Below are positions 37,547 through 47,895 of a stretch of DNA of 64,000 nt, piece after piece (the stretch's first letter is position 1; every line of letters starts with the position of its first letter). The position numbers and the translations under genes were made by a program. The stretch lies in the IMG/VR virus record IMGVR_UViG_3300027734_000038, one strand, 5' to 3'. A model generated the notes under the pieces. The model worked only from the letters and a program-made list of their open reading frames with translations, was not told where the DNA came from and made no database searches. Origin of the DNA: a virus.

Positions 37547-38547
37547 TGAAAATCTTTATCACGGGAATTGCAGGTTTCCTAGGTAGTCACCTTGCAGATA
37601 GAATGTTGGAATTGGGACACGAAGTTATTGGTAACGATACACTTATTGGTGGTTATCGTGATAATGTTCCAAAGAAAGCAAAGTTGTATGTTGTGGATTG
37701 TTGCGATATAGAAAAAATGACTTACATCATGGAAGGTTGTGATATTGTTATACACTCAGCCGCTACTGCACACGAAGGACTTTCTGTATTCAGTCCTAGT
37801 TTTATTACCAAAAATATATTTGAAGCTTCTGTTGCAACAATCTCAGCTGCGGTACAAAACAAAGTAAAACGATTTGTATATTGCACATCGATGGCAAGAT
37901 ATGGTAATCAACCTCATCCTTTCACCGAAGATATGGCACCGAAACCAGTAGACCCTTATGGTGTTGCAAAAGTTGCTGGTGAAGATGTATTAAAGATTCT
38001 TGCTGAAACGCATGGCATGGAATGGAACATTGCGGTGCCACATAACATCGTTGGTCCTCGTCAAAAGTTTGATGACCCTTTCCGTAATGTTATGAGTATC
38101 ATGGCTAATCGTAATCTCCGTGGTTTACCTGCAATCATCTATGGTGACGGCAATCAAACTCGTTGTTTCTCATATGTTGCTGACTGTATCAACTGTTTAG
38201 AGAAGATGGCATTGGATCCCAAAGTTGTTGGTGAGATTATCAACATTGGTCCTGATGACGGCACAATCTCAATCAAAGACTTGGCAGTATTGGTAGCCAA
38301 AGAAACCGGATTTGAAGGTAAAGCAATTCATATGCCAGACCGACCAAGAGAAGTTAAACACGCTGATTGTTCTGCTGACAAGGCAAGATGGTTATTGCAA
38401 TATGAAACTAAAACCACATTAGAGAAATCTATCCAAGAAACTGTGGCATATATTAAGAAAAAAGGACCTAGACAATTTGATTATTCTTATCCTTTAGAAA
38501 TCATTTCTGATAAAACTCCTAAAACTTGGAAAGATAGGTTAATGTAA
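37546..38547 (+). CDS. NAD-dependent epimerase/dehydratase
   Basis: TGIAGFLG, YGVAK. Confidence 0.93.
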   Translation: MKIFITGIAGFLGSHLADRMLELGHEVIGNDTLIGGYRDNVPKKAKLYVVDCCDIEKMTYIMEGCDIVIHSAATAHEGLSVFSPSFITKNIFEASVATISAAVQNKVKRFVYCTSMARYGNQPHPFTEDMAPKPVDPYGVAKVAGEDVLKILAETHGMEWNIAVPHNIVGPRQKFDDPFRNVMSIMANRNLRGLPAIIYGDGNQTRCFSYVADCINCLEKMALDPKVVGEIINIGPDDGTISIKDLAVLVAKETGFEGKAIHMPDRPREVKHADCSADKARWLLQYETKTTLEKSIQETVAYIKKKGPRQFDYSYPLEIISDKTPKTWKDRLM

Positions 38548-39326
38548 TGGCATCTATATCATTTCTTCATTTGGCTTCGGCTGGTAAATCAATATCAACA
38601 GAAAAAGTTGTTAGTAACATTAGACAATATCATCCAGATGCTTATTATTTTTTGGGATCTGATGCTGCTGATGATTTATCGGATATTGCCAAACAATACA
38701 ATTTAGATTATCATTATTTCGATGATAAGTTGGGATATCCAACACAACCTTTTGGTTACAGAAAAGAAAAGGTATTATTGTGGTTGGAACGATTTCATTA
38801 TGCCTGTGAAAATTGTAACACATCACATATAATGATGGTAGAAGATGATGTTTGGATTAAAAAACCTATTACAGTAAAAGATGAATGGGAGATGTCTTGC
38901 CATAAGATTAGTCATGGTAATCGTTTTCCTCCTGCTGTATTAGATATCATGGAACAATTTTCTGGTGTAAAACCTAAAACCGATTTCTATGGTGGCGGCG
39001 GTGGTTCAATTTACAATGTCAAAACATTTTTAAAGAACTACACAAGAATGACCGCATTGATTGATGATAAGTGGGATTACATACAAGACAATCATTATCC
39101 TACGATTGGTTGGATGGACTGTTTAATGGTCGCATACTATTTCTTTTGTGGTAAAAATTATACAGAGAATCCTCATATGACAGATACACACCATCACCAA
39201 AAAGGATTTGATTTTGATAAATTTGTAGAAGAACAGCCAGAACACATTGAAATAGTTAATAACTATAAAAAGTATTACTGGCCTAATGAAAATGAAGTTA
39301 TAACATTTAATACAGAATCAATATGA
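38547..39326 (+). CDS. Putative glycosyltransferase
   Basis: MVEDDV acidic motif; within sugar island. Confidence 0.6.
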   Translation: MASISFLHLASAGKSISTEKVVSNIRQYHPDAYYFLGSDAADDLSDIAKQYNLDYHYFDDKLGYPTQPFGYRKEKVLLWLERFHYACENCNTSHIMMVEDDVWIKKPITVKDEWEMSCHKISHGNRFPPAVLDIMEQFSGVKPKTDFYGGGGGSIYNVKTFLKNYTRMTALIDDKWDYIQDNHYPTIGWMDCLMVAYYFFCGKNYTENPHMTDTHHHQKGFDFDKFVEEQPEHIEIVNNYKKYYWPNENEVITFNTESI

Positions 39327-40120
39327 ACGACATAACAATAGTCACCGCTTTCTTTGATATTGGTCGTGGTGATTGGACACCAGACAAAGGATTACCACAC
39401 TATTTACATAGAACGACCAAAACATATCTTGACCGATTTAGTCATATGGCTAAATTGGAAAATCCTATGGTTGTTTATACATCAAAAGATTTGGTTGATG
39501 AGGTAAAATTTCTCAGACAGGATAGACCTACTGACATACTCACAATTGATTTTCCTAATAGTTTTCAAAAACTAAGAGATGAGATTACCAGAGTTCAAAA
39601 AGACTCAGAATATCAAGCTAAAATAAATCCCGCACAAGCAAAAAATCCAGAGTATTGGAATGCTGACTATGTTCTCGTCAATTTTTTAAAGTCATCTTTT
39701 GTTACAAGAGCTTTACAATCTAATCTTATTAATACTGATTTGGTTGCTTGGATGGATTTCGGATACTGTAGAGACCTATCTACACTTAATGATGTTAAAC
39801 ATTGGCAATATCCTTTTGCCAAAGATAAAATACACTTTTTCAATTTAAAAGATTGGCAAGAAGGCACATTCATTGAGAATGTTATTTTCAATAATGATGT
39901 TCACATTACAGGTCCATGTATTGTTGCGGGTAAAGATATGTGGCAAACACTAGAGCATTTAGTTCACCATAGTGTAGACCAATTACTTAAAAATAATTTA
40001 ATAGATGATGACCAAACCATCTTATTGATGTCGTATTTACAAAAACCAGAATTGTTTGAATTGCATAAAGTATCAGCTGATGATTGGTTTGTTGCTTTTA
40101 AGGATTATAATGAAAATTAA
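39323..40120 (+). CDS. HtrL/YibB (WlaTC) family glycosyltransferase-like protein
   Basis: TIVTAFFDIGRGDW, AWMDFGY, DDDQT. Confidence 0.85.
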   Translation: MNDITIVTAFFDIGRGDWTPDKGLPHYLHRTTKTYLDRFSHMAKLENPMVVYTSKDLVDEVKFLRQDRPTDILTIDFPNSFQKLRDEITRVQKDSEYQAKINPAQAKNPEYWNADYVLVNFLKSSFVTRALQSNLINTDLVAWMDFGYCRDLSTLNDVKHWQYPFAKDKIHFFNLKDWQEGTFIENVIFNNDVHITGPCIVAGKDMWQTLEHLVHHSVDQLLKNNLIDDDQTILLMSYLQKPELFELHKVSADDWFVAFKDYNEN

Positions 40121-40841
40121 AATTGATTGTACCGCCAATCTAGGTGATTTTTGTAATGCACTACCTGTAATCTCAGGTATCTCAAAATATAAAAATGAAA
40201 AGATTCATCTCATTATCAGACCAGAGATGCGTAAGTTTAATGGTATTAAAGAGTTTTTAAAATATCAACCAATGATTGAAGATGTCGATTTCTCCGATGA
40301 TTTATTGACTTTTGGTGACATTATGACTATCAGTTCATGGACACGCATGGACCAAGAAGATTCAAATCGTCCTATTGAGACCTGTCGTTATGAGAATTGG
40401 GTAAATGATAATTACAGAATGTTATTTGAAGTTGATGATGATTTTGAGATTCAAGTTTTCCCAATGTTTGTTGATGATTTCAATGATAAAACTATTATTG
40501 GTGATAGATGGTCTGCAAAACAAGATCCTAGTGTTGATGCAAGACGATACACCAATGTAATTGAGAATGGTGCAAATCTTGATAAAGACAAAGTTGTATA
40601 TATGGACTACTCAAAGCCATTAATGTATAATTGCAATCTTATCAAACAGAATCCTAATCCATTTATTACTACATTCACAGGCATTGGTATTATTGCTGAC
40701 CTAATGAATAAAGAAACAATCGTTGGTTGGGACGAAGATATGAGGACTTGGGATGGCCATCCTGTTGAGTTTGATTTTAAACGACACTATTATGGTAATC
40801 GTAAATCAAAATTAGTTTATGTGAAAGATATTACACTATGA
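40110..40841 (+). CDS. Putative GT-B (GT9-like) protein
   Basis: LGDFCNALP N-terminus; FITTFTG. Confidence 0.55.
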   Translation: MKIKIDCTANLGDFCNALPVISGISKYKNEKIHLIIRPEMRKFNGIKEFLKYQPMIEDVDFSDDLLTFGDIMTISSWTRMDQEDSNRPIETCRYENWVNDNYRMLFEVDDDFEIQVFPMFVDDFNDKTIIGDRWSAKQDPSVDARRYTNVIENGANLDKDKVVYMDYSKPLMYNCNLIKQNPNPFITTFTGIGIIADLMNKETIVGWDEDMRTWDGHPVEFDFKRHYYGNRKSKLVYVKDITL

Positions 40842-41554
40842 TTATCAATATTGAACCTGGAACTTTTGGCACAGTTCGAAATGGAGATATGATTGCTGTT
40901 GCGAATGTCTTGGAACATATCAGAAAAACAAATAACAATCCTACAATACAGTTTCATTTGAAACCAGGAAATGTTAGCTCAGACACACATTGTCAAACAT
41001 TTTATGAGATAATGTTGAAGATGACTAATTATTTTTCAACAGAACCGGGTGAACAATCATTGCCTTGGAGAAAAGTAAATGTTTGGGATTTCAGAGATAT
41101 ATGTGGTGATTTGATAAAAATACCAAATAATGCACCGATGGAAAAGAAGATTGCTGTATTTCCATTATTTGATGCACCATATAATCAATGGCGTAACTGG
41201 CCAAAGAATGTATATGAACAGATTATTGCCAAGTATTCTACTGAAGAATATAAAGATTATGAAAAAGTAATCTGTAAAAAAGGCGAATCAACCGAAGGTT
41301 GCCCATTTGAGGGTTGGCGGTATTCTACCAATTTTGTGCAGAATTATTACCACATTACCACAGCGGAAATCTTTGTTGGTGGTGATACTGGTTCTAGCCA
41401 CTTTGCATGGGCGCTTGACAAAGGACCTAAAGACCTGATATACTATGGATCCAGTCGAGCATTAGTTCATACCCTACCATTCTATTTACTTCAAGGAAAA
41501 GGTCGTATGGCCAATTATTGGTTGGATTTTGAAGGTACAAAATGGAATAATTAA
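40838..41554 (+). CDS. Putative GT9 heptosyltransferase-like protein
   Basis: GDMIA, RNWP, FVGGDTGSSHFA. Confidence 0.7.
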   Translation: MIINIEPGTFGTVRNGDMIAVANVLEHIRKTNNNPTIQFHLKPGNVSSDTHCQTFYEIMLKMTNYFSTEPGEQSLPWRKVNVWDFRDICGDLIKIPNNAPMEKKIAVFPLFDAPYNQWRNWPKNVYEQIIAKYSTEEYKDYEKVICKKGESTEGCPFEGWRYSTNFVQNYYHITTAEIFVGGDTGSSHFAWALDKGPKDLIYYGSSRALVHTLPFYLLQGKGRMANYWLDFEGTKWNN

Positions 41555-41611
41555 GCCACTATGTATCGAAGCCAATCTTTCTAAGAATTGAGCTCAAGAA
41601 CCAAGAAGTTG

Positions 41612-41619
41612 TATAAATA
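41612..41619 (+). promoter_or_regulatory. T4-type late promoter
   Basis: Exact TATAAATA heading the late block. Confidence 0.75.
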
Positions 41620-41663
41620 AGCAACTGGCAATCAAAGTGTATTGCAAATCAGAAGGAAATTCA

Positions 41664-42854
41664 ATGTTATCATTTAAGTCATTCTTAACGGAGGAATCTG
41701 AACAAGGTTCTGAACTTAAACATATTCATCATGCGGAAGATAGGCCTTTGATGCACGGCCACGCAGGTTTTGAACACGCCCATGCAGCTTTGATGAAAGC
41801 TCATGCACACATGACTGGTGGTCATAAGAATACCAATTTAACGATGAAATATGATGGTTCTCCATCAATCGTTTTTGGTCATCACCCCAAAAATGGTAAA
41901 TTCTTTGTTGCAACCAAATCTGCTTTTAATAAGAATCCAAAGATTAACCATACAGAAAAAGATATTGACAAGAATCATGGTCATGCTCCTGGTTTAGCAA
42001 AAACACTCAAACACGCATTAAAACATTTACCAAAAGTAACACCAAAAGAAGGTGTATTCCAAGGTGACCTAATGCATCATGCTGATACAAAGCATTTACA
42101 TGAAGGTTATATTGTAGAAGCGAAAGGTGATGTTTCTTTTACTCCAAATACAATCACTTATACTGCCAAAGGTAAAGAAGCAGAAAAAATAAAACGCTCT
42201 AAGGTTGGTGTGGTGGTTCACCACCAGTATAGTAATGATATGAAACACGCTTCACCTCATGTAGATACGTCAAAGTTTAAAGAACATCCAGATGTTCATA
42301 TTCACGGTGCAGAACATGATACAAGTAAAGTAAAACATTCTGCTGAGAATGAGAAACACTTTCAAAAACACATGGCTGCAGCTAAAGAAATCCACGACAC
42401 TCATGGTCACAAGATGTATGATGCGATTCATCCAAAACATGGCGGAGAAACTGGCCACCTGTCAACCTACATAAACAAGACAGTAAGACATGACGAAGTG
42501 CCAAGTGTTAAAGGCTTTAAAGAACATTTACACGACATTCATGCAAAACAGGCTGCCAAAGTAAAAACTGAGAAATCCAAGTCTGAAAAGACCAAAGAAG
42601 GTGCCTCACAGATTGCTCATGTTGAAAAACACAAAGCACATTATGGTAATTTGTTTGCTATGCATCACCATTTACATCAAGCTAAAAATGCTTTGGTTAA
42701 ATCACTAGAAACACATGAAGGACATTACCAACATCACATTGAAGGTAAGAAGTCTAAACCTGAAGGTTTTGTAGTTCACCACGATAATCAACCAACCAAA
42801 TTGGTTAATCGTGCTGAGTTTGCTAAACAAAATTTATTAAAAGTTAGAAAATGA
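41664..42854 (+). CDS. His-rich ATP-dependent ligase-like nucleotidyltransferase (DUF6267-like)
   Basis: KYDG, FQGD, EGFVV, TKLV match ligase motifs I/III/IV/V; leader MLSFKSFLTEE. Confidence 0.65.
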   Translation: MLSFKSFLTEESEQGSELKHIHHAEDRPLMHGHAGFEHAHAALMKAHAHMTGGHKNTNLTMKYDGSPSIVFGHHPKNGKFFVATKSAFNKNPKINHTEKDIDKNHGHAPGLAKTLKHALKHLPKVTPKEGVFQGDLMHHADTKHLHEGYIVEAKGDVSFTPNTITYTAKGKEAEKIKRSKVGVVVHHQYSNDMKHASPHVDTSKFKEHPDVHIHGAEHDTSKVKHSAENEKHFQKHMAAAKEIHDTHGHKMYDAIHPKHGGETGHLSTYINKTVRHDEVPSVKGFKEHLHDIHAKQAAKVKTEKSKSEKTKEGASQIAHVEKHKAHYGNLFAMHHHLHQAKNALVKSLETHEGHYQHHIEGKKSKPEGFVVHHDNQPTKLVNRAEFAKQNLLKVRK

Positions 42855-44644
42855 AATCGTTTTTAGAACTAGTCGAAGAAACAAAACAAGGTGAAAAACA
42901 CCATGTGATGACCTTTGGTCGCATGAATCCTCCAACCACAGGTCATTTGAAGTTAATTGACAAGGTTAAGGAAGTAGCAGCTAAACACAATGCCTCACAT
43001 TCTGTTGTAACTTCACACTCCCAAGATTCTAAGAAGAATCCATTATCAGCTGAACAGAAAATTAAACACCTTAAAAGGTATTCTCCAGGTACACACTTTG
43101 AGGCATCTTCCAAAGAACATCCAACATTCCTACATCATGCAGCCGAATTACATAAGAAAGGTGTAACACATCTTCATATGGTTGCTGGTTCTGACCGTGT
43201 TGATGAGTATAAAAAGAAATTACACCAATACAATGGTACACACAAAGGTGCGTTGTACCATTTCAAAAAGATTACTGTCCATTCAGCAGGTCAAAGAGAT
43301 CCTGATGCCGAAGGTTCAACTGGTATGTCTGGTACCAAAATGCGAGCTCATGCCGCTTCTGGTAATGCAAAAGAATTCAAAAAAGGTGTGCCAGAACACG
43401 TTTCAGATAAACACGCAAAAGAACTTATGCATGATACCCGTAAGGGTATGGGGTTACATGAAAACTTTAATCGTGGTCTATTCAAAGCCATCTTTGTAAC
43501 CGGTGGACCTGGTTCTGGCAAAGATATCATTATCCGTGAATCAATACCAGAAGCTCGTGCCGTGGAACTTAACGCCAATCAAGCCTATGATTACCTTGCT
43601 GATAAACAAAAACTATCTGAAAAAACCAGTGATTTCCGCAGAGAAGCCATTCGGAATCGTGGTCCTTTAATTATCAACGGACCAGCAGATAGTATTGACA
43701 AAATCAACTATATCAAAGAGGAATTAGAAGATTTAGGTTATTCCAGTATGATGATATTTGTGAATACCACAAATGAAGTAAGTCAAGAAAGAAATACTAA
43801 ACTGTCCCGTATGATGGTCGAATCCATTCGATACGACAAATGGACACAAGCTCAGAAAAATAAAAATCTCTTTGCCGAATCTTTTGACAATTTCGTGCAG
43901 ATAGACAATACGGGCTCACTTGAATCCATTGAGGAAGATATAACTCAAACTTACCTAAATATTCATAACTTCATTGAAGGTAGGACCTATGGAGATGTGT
44001 CTTTGTCGTGGTTAGAAAAGCACGGTAAGTTAAATAAAAGTGATAATTTAATTAAGGAAGAAAAAAATGTTCAAAGCGCTAGTAAATTTACTAAAATTAA
44101 AACCAATCCAGAACTCAAAGCCCCTGGACTCGACAGCATCCCAGCCGACAACAGACCAAACGACTCCAACGGAGATGACATCAAGTGGAACTCCAACAGT
44201 AAGCGAAAAACCTTCATCTTCCGCACCTACAGCGAAGCCCAAGAACCAACGCTCACCGTCAACCCGCAGCCGAAAGAAACCAACTTCTCCAAAGACAAAG
44301 AGCAAGTAAAGAAGAAACGAATAGTAGATGCTCCAACCGTAAGTCAAAGACTACGGAACACCGCAGGTGTGGGGCCAGAATTTGATACACGCCAACAAGG
44401 AACAGTATATCCTATGTCAGGTCTAGGCGATGTAACATACAGAGAACAAAAAGAATTTAGTAGTTTTAGAAAAACAATTAAAGAATATAATGGTTTTCAA
44501 AATGACATTTCTATACCTGACATGGGTGTAGGTGGAACTTTGAATGGCGCTACTAATTTTGAACCAATGCAATCATATAAAGATGCAAATAGAAATATTG
44601 GCACCCAAATAAAAATTAAAAAGAAAAAGAAACAGGAGAAATAA
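42851..44644 (+). CDS. Cytidyltransferase-like domain fused to a P-loop kinase
   Basis: FGRMNPPTTGH, GSDR, MSGTKMR; GGPGSGKD Walker A. Confidence 0.8.
   Translation: MKSFLELVEETKQGEKHHVMTFGRMNPPTTGHLKLIDKVKEVAAKHNASHSVVTSHSQDSKKNPLSAEQKIKHLKRYSPGTHFEASSKEHPTFLHHAAELHKKGVTHLHMVAGSDRVDEYKKKLHQYNGTHKGALYHFKKITVHSAGQRDPDAEGSTGMSGTKMRAHAASGNAKEFKKGVPEHVSDKHAKELMHDTRKGMGLHENFNRGLFKAIFVTGGPGSGKDIIIRESIPEARAVELNANQAYDYLADKQKLSEKTSDFRREAIRNRGPLIINGPADSIDKINYIKEELEDLGYSSMMIFVNTTNEVSQERNTKLSRMMVESIRYDKWTQAQKNKNLFAESFDNFVQIDNTGSLESIEEDITQTYLNIHNFIEGRTYGDVSLSWLEKHGKLNKSDNLIKEEKNVQSASKFTKIKTNPELKAPGLDSIPADNRPNDSNGDDIKWNSNSKRKTFIFRTYSEAQEPTLTVNPQPKETNFSKDKEQVKKKRIVDAPTVSQRLRNTAGVGPEFDTRQQGTVYPMSGLGDVTYREQKEFSSFRKTIKEYNGFQNDISIPDMGVGGTLNGATNFEPMQSYKDANRNIGTQIKIKKKKKQEK
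44067..44309 (+). CDS. Candidate overprinted gene (80 aa)
   Basis: AAGGA RBS; amphipathic N-terminus, Ser/Thr/Pro linker, basic tail; local shift to C-rich composition. Confidence 0.45.
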   Translation: MFKALVNLLKLKPIQNSKPLDSTASQPTTDQTTPTEMTSSGTPTVSEKPSSSAPTAKPKNQRSPSTRSRKKPTSPKTKSK

Positions 44645-44645
44645 A

Positions 44646-45887
44646 ATGTTTGTCAATAAACTTAAAATGAATTCAGTTGCTGATGCTGTAAGTAAAATTA
44701 CAGATGAAACTATTGCTGAAGCAGAAAAGGTAACCACTTCAACTGGCATGAAAGTTTATGGTTCTTCTTATGGTGATTCGGCCAAAGCACGCCGTGACCA
44801 AGTTAAGAGAGATATCGACACAATTAAAGGTCCTACAACTAAAGAGTTGACTGGTAAAGACAAAAAAGATTACGAGAAAACCAAAAGTAGATATGATGAA
44901 GCTGCCAAACCAGACTTCTTGGACATGGATAAAGATGGCGACAAGAAAGAGCCAATGAAGAAGGCAGTTGCTGATAAGAAAAAGAACGAATCGACTGAAT
45001 TTAAAGCCAAACTAATTGAAGCTCTTAAAGGCAATCAACATAAGATTGACAAAAATAAAAATAATAAAATTGATTCTCAAGATTTTAAAATTCTTCGTGG
45101 CCAAAAAAATGTAGCAGAAGATTCATGTGAAGATGAAGCCAAACAAGAAGTAAAAAAGCATGAAAAAAGATTACATGGTAAAGATGGTGAAGTTTCCAAA
45201 CACGTAGATAAAATGCACAAAGAAGAAGTTGAGTCAATTGAAGAAAAACACATGACTGACGCTGAAATGGCCAAGCGTGAAAAAATTGTTAAGTCAATGA
45301 AAAAAGGTTTTGCTGGATTTAGACAGCGTTATGGAAAAGATGCAAAATCTGTAATGTATGCCACAGCAACAAAACAGTCAATGAAAGAAGATGCTGTTGA
45401 AGAAGAAATTGATCCTAAAGTTCGCACCAAAGATACACTAAAAGGTCAAGAACGAACAGCACAATCTGATGATGTTGGTCCTAATTCAAATGGTAGATCC
45501 ACAAAAGTAAAATTTCGTGGAGGTCCAATGAAAGAAGAAGTAAAAAAGTCTGACATTCCAGCTTTCTTGCGTAAGGCTCGTGGTGATAAACCATTGACAG
45601 TTGCTGATGCAAAAGCTGGAAATAAAGATTCAATTTCTTCAAAAGAAAATTTAGCCAAAGCTCGTGGCGTTCAAGAAGGTAAACAACCTGAATCTGATAC
45701 AGTTCCTTTTGTAACAAATGCGGAACAACCTCCTTTTGATAAACCATACAAAAAAATTAGTGCTTCAGTAACAGATAAATCTGGTGCAAAACACACACCA
45801 ATGTCCCGTGCTAAAGATTTGGCTCGTTCAGCTATGAAAAGAATTAAAACAGAGATGTTAGGTAAAGCTCCAGGAAATAACGGTTAA
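44646..45887 (+). CDS. Highly charged modular protein, probable internal head protein
   Basis: Short modules separated by xxE sites; DMDKDGDK and DKNKNNKID loops. Confidence 0.7.
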   Translation: MFVNKLKMNSVADAVSKITDETIAEAEKVTTSTGMKVYGSSYGDSAKARRDQVKRDIDTIKGPTTKELTGKDKKDYEKTKSRYDEAAKPDFLDMDKDGDKKEPMKKAVADKKKNESTEFKAKLIEALKGNQHKIDKNKNNKIDSQDFKILRGQKNVAEDSCEDEAKQEVKKHEKRLHGKDGEVSKHVDKMHKEEVESIEEKHMTDAEMAKREKIVKSMKKGFAGFRQRYGKDAKSVMYATATKQSMKEDAVEEEIDPKVRTKDTLKGQERTAQSDDVGPNSNGRSTKVKFRGGPMKEEVKKSDIPAFLRKARGDKPLTVADAKAGNKDSISSKENLAKARGVQEGKQPESDTVPFVTNAEQPPFDKPYKKISASVTDKSGAKHTPMSRAKDLARSAMKRIKTEMLGKAPGNNG

Positions 45888-45896
45888 GGTAAAAAC

Positions 45897-47864
45897 ATGG
45901 ATGCAAAAAAATTAAAAATGATTGTTAAGGGTGAAAAGAAACCCACCTTTGGTACAGACCCTAATGAACCATGGTCTGTTCGTGCAGGTATCACCGAAAG
46001 TCAAAAAGGTGAACTACACGATTATCTTAAATCTCGTGGTATTAATCCAGATTTCGTCAGCAAAGACACAAAAATATCTCATGCAAAATCTTCTGAGTTT
46101 CATAAATGGAGGCGTGACCACCAGTTTGATGATCCAATTAACTATGTTTCAACTACTGTTGCCGACAAAATGAAAACACAACGGGCACAAACAGAAGAAG
46201 TTGAGCCTATCGATGAAAAAAATGTACCAACAAGTCCAGAAAAATGGGCTCGTGCCAAGGCTGCGGCTAAATCCAAATTTGCAGTATATCCATCCGCATA
46301 TGCAAATGGTTGGGCATCTAAGAAATATAAAGCAATGGGTGGTGGATGGAAATCGGTATCTGAAAAAACGGAACAATCTGATGAATTGACATCAGAGGCA
46401 TGGGACAATAGTGCAACTAAAATTAAAAAAAGTTTGAGTGCCGGTACATATAATACCAAACCAACCGCATTAGAAAGATTTCGTGCAGCTGCAGCAGTCC
46501 GAGCAAAGAAACACGATGAGATTGAGAAGAACCAATCTAAAGATGGTTCTGATATGACATCTGCTATTGACCGTTTAGAGAAACATTTAAACAAAGAAGA
46601 AACTGTCAATGAAGTTTCTGATTCAGAAGTTCAACATCACTTTGATAATTGGACAAATTCCGACCACGCTCCTTATAATAGTGATGCTGGAGATGATAAT
46701 AAAGTTCACCAGTCAGCTTTAAGATATTTGAGAGGTACCAATGTGCCAAAAGAAAAGCATGAAAAGTTGGCCATGCACATTGCTCACAAATATCATGGAA
46801 GTGGTATTGATGAAGCATCTGGTATTAGTAAAGCTAAAGAAACTTCATTTCATAAAAACTTAGATACTCTTGTTCATAAGACTTTTGGTAAAAGAAAAGA
46901 TGAACTGAAAATGAAAGAGGAAGTTGTTACTGAAAAAAATGATTCTCATACACACGCTGCACATTACGAAGATCCAAAAACAGGTGAGTGGACAGGAATG
47001 AATTTGTTGATTGCAAAAGACGATGAGGATGCAATTCGTCAAGCAAATGAAAAATGTAAAGAAGGTTGCCGCCTAACAAAAGTGGAACGACACATTACTG
47101 TTAAAGAAGATGTTGAGATAGAAGAAGGTGAACATCGTCCTGGTCATCCAATGTATAAATCGGATCCTTCATTGTATAAAAAAACTCCAAAGGGTATAGC
47201 AAAAAGCCTTGCAACTCACGGAGCCAAATATTTCTCAAATACAGATAGTGGAAATTACAGAACTACGGATAAAGAAGCACCACGATATAGAAATGAAGAA
47301 GTGGAAGAAATTGATGAACTCAAAAAGACCACAGTATTTTCTTGGTTGAAAAAACAACCAGTTGTACCTGAGAAAAAACCAGGTATGAGTAGAAAAGACC
47401 ATAACCAAAAAATTAAAACTCATAATAAGAGTTGGAATAGAGCTCTAGACCGTTTGTCTGGTTACAAACCAACATCAGAAGATGTGTTCCAAGACACACA
47501 AGCTGCAACACAAACTGCTTTTGATATGGGAACTCAAGCTGACGATAGAGAACCAGTTTATTCCAAGAAAAAAGAAATGTCCAAATCAGCTCGTATAATT
47601 AAGTCATTATACAAGAAACACAAGATGGTCAAAGAAGATTTGTATGACCACGAAAAAGAAGATAAATCAGTAGCAAGTTATGGTAAAAAACCAAAGATGG
47701 ACAAACAAGAGGTTTATGGTGATGATGATAATCAAGCCGCTATGGTTTTAAAGGGTGGAACAACATTAACAGGTCAACCAAGAGATACTTTAGAAATCGA
47801 TCCTATAATGAGAAAATCAGTAAGACCTGATAATAAAATCAGCAATCAGAAAACAGATAAATAG
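45897..47864 (+). CDS. Highly charged modular protein, probable internal head protein
   Basis: Multiple short modules (e.g. YPSAYANGW) separated by (L/I/V)xE. Confidence 0.7.
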   Translation: MDAKKLKMIVKGEKKPTFGTDPNEPWSVRAGITESQKGELHDYLKSRGINPDFVSKDTKISHAKSSEFHKWRRDHQFDDPINYVSTTVADKMKTQRAQTEEVEPIDEKNVPTSPEKWARAKAAAKSKFAVYPSAYANGWASKKYKAMGGGWKSVSEKTEQSDELTSEAWDNSATKIKKSLSAGTYNTKPTALERFRAAAAVRAKKHDEIEKNQSKDGSDMTSAIDRLEKHLNKEETVNEVSDSEVQHHFDNWTNSDHAPYNSDAGDDNKVHQSALRYLRGTNVPKEKHEKLAMHIAHKYHGSGIDEASGISKAKETSFHKNLDTLVHKTFGKRKDELKMKEEVVTEKNDSHTHAAHYEDPKTGEWTGMNLLIAKDDEDAIRQANEKCKEGCRLTKVERHITVKEDVEIEEGEHRPGHPMYKSDPSLYKKTPKGIAKSLATHGAKYFSNTDSGNYRTTDKEAPRYRNEEVEEIDELKKTTVFSWLKKQPVVPEKKPGMSRKDHNQKIKTHNKSWNRALDRLSGYKPTSEDVFQDTQAATQTAFDMGTQADDREPVYSKKKEMSKSARIIKSLYKKHKMVKEDLYDHEKEDKSVASYGKKPKMDKQEVYGDDDNQAAMVLKGGTTLTGQPRDTLEIDPIMRKSVRPDNKISNQKTDK

Positions 47865-47895
47865 TAACACAACCCAAGGTTAAAAGGAGAAAAAA

